Part shown: one piece after another, positions 62,622 to 64,000 of the stretch
How the letters are laid out: the number at the start of each line of letters is the position of its first letter
Position numbering within the stretch: the stretch's first letter is position 1
DNA from: the human T2T-CHM13v2.0 reference genome, Homo sapiens
Assembly: GCF_009914755.1 (NCBI RefSeq)
Contig: NC_060931.1
DNA length: 64,000 nt
Direction: 5' to 3' (one strand)
Program-made: the position numbers and the translations under genes
The notes under the pieces: model-generated
Database searches by the model: none
Told to the model about the DNA's origin: nothing
What the model saw: only the letters and a program-made list of their open reading frames with translations

Positions 62622-63764
62622 ATGTAAGGCCATGGGGAGAGCTGAGGACCTGGACCAGGCTGGGGGCCACCCCCTTACCTGAGCAGGCCTCAGGGAAGGA
62701 CCAGCCCCATCCTCATCTGACCCAGGTCTCAGCCCAGGAGCCCACATAGGGAAGAAAGAACAGACAGGGCCTCCACGCTGGCTGACACTCAGGAGGGGCC
62801 GGGGCAATGGAGCAGAGGGAGCACAGGGCCAGGCAGAGGCTGCTCAGGATCCATGGGGGCTCAGGCTGCACAATGGGGCTGCCCCTCCTGGGCTGCAGGC
62901 AGCATCCCCTATGGGAGCTGAGAAAGTCCAGTCCTGAGATGGGACACGGCTGCCCAGAGGTGTGTGGTTGGGCCCTGACAGCAGTCTCCCAAAATGTGAC
63001 TATATTGCCAGGCTCAGTTCCAGGCAATGCTGAGAAGTGCCCAATACAGCGAGGATGCACCTGGAGCCCATCCTGTCTAATGGACTCTGATCATCCCGCA
63101 TCCGCTTGCCTCTCCTGCATATCGGCCACCACCCCTTCTCTTTTCCTCATTTCTCCATCGTGTCTGACCCAGAGGCTGTGACCCTCTCTCCAGCCCCAGT
63201 GGCCCTTCTTTTCCCTTGTCCTGTCAGAGGCCCTGAGCAAGACTTCCCAGATCCAGCCACATGCCTGGCTGGTCCACTTACTAATTGTGTTGCTCTGCAC
63301 TGCTGGGGTGGTGCCAGAGGCAATGAGGGTGACTGAGGGCCCCACAGGTGTCCAGCTTTGCCATTTACCCCACCCCTAGCCTCAGGGGGTTCTCATGGCT
63401 GTCAGCCAGCAGCCCTGGCTTGGGGCACCTGGCTGTCCTCCTCCCACTGTTCTGACTCAGCCTCACCCACCTGTCCTCTGTCCGTGGTGCTGACCAAGCC
63501 AGCAGGTAGCAGGTCCCCAGAGGGTACAGCTGGGCTTTGGGGACCCACAGAGGCTCCTCTGCTGAGGGGTCCCAGGTGAGTCACTGCCCCTGGTTCTACA
63601 TCATCTGCTGTCCTCTTCAGCATCATCCACCCCACCCCAGGCCGGCTCCATGCAGATGCATCCCCGAGTCACCAGTCTCAGGGCCCTCTGTTGTAGGCTG
63701 GAGATTACTGTACCTTCTGTACACATTCATATTTATTGTGTGAAATAAAGTATAGAAGCTAAAG

Positions 63765-64000
63765 TAAATGAGGACTTTGGTTTGCATTTTCCTGATGATC
63801 ACTGATGTTGAGCACTTGTTAGCCATTTTTATATCTTTTTTAAGAGATAAATATCTATTCAGGTTCTTTGCTTGTTTTTAAATCAGGTTATTAGATTTTG
63901 GTGAGTTTTCTCTCTTCTTTTCTATTCAGTTGTGTGGCTTCTTATGTATTTTGATTTTCACCCCTTATGAGGTATATTGTTAACAAATATTTTCTCTGAG
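63765..64000 (-). mobile_element. Old L1 fragment
   Basis: TTTGCATTTTCCTGATGATCACTGATGTTGAGCA is antisense L1 ORF2/3' sequence. Confidence 0.75.

Overview
Primate genomic DNA, almost certainly human (it carries an AluYb8-type element). The exact locus could not be determined without a search. No intact protein-coding gene is supportable; the ORF track is explained by Alu, low-complexity or GC-rich chance frames. Bases 1 to ~43,900 are repeat-dense intergenic sequence (many Alus, MIR/L2, MLT/MST, a solo LTR2B-like ERV LTR, MER20, Tigger4, Charlie, L1M). From ~43,900 the character changes to a probable duplicated block. It contains a CpG-island promoter built from a triplicated unit of paired ZNF143-type motifs (~49.5-50.9 kb) and a processed RBM22 pseudogene on + (~56.6-57.7 kb). 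Tail-to-tail with it on - is an intron-containing TBC1D3/TBC1D26/USP6NL-family pseudogene (~58.6-62.6 kb), which has a mosaic of USP6NL-like and TBC1D3-like residues and lacks three central exons. Homology calls rest on reference sequences recalled from memory, not on a database search. Repeat boundaries are approximate.
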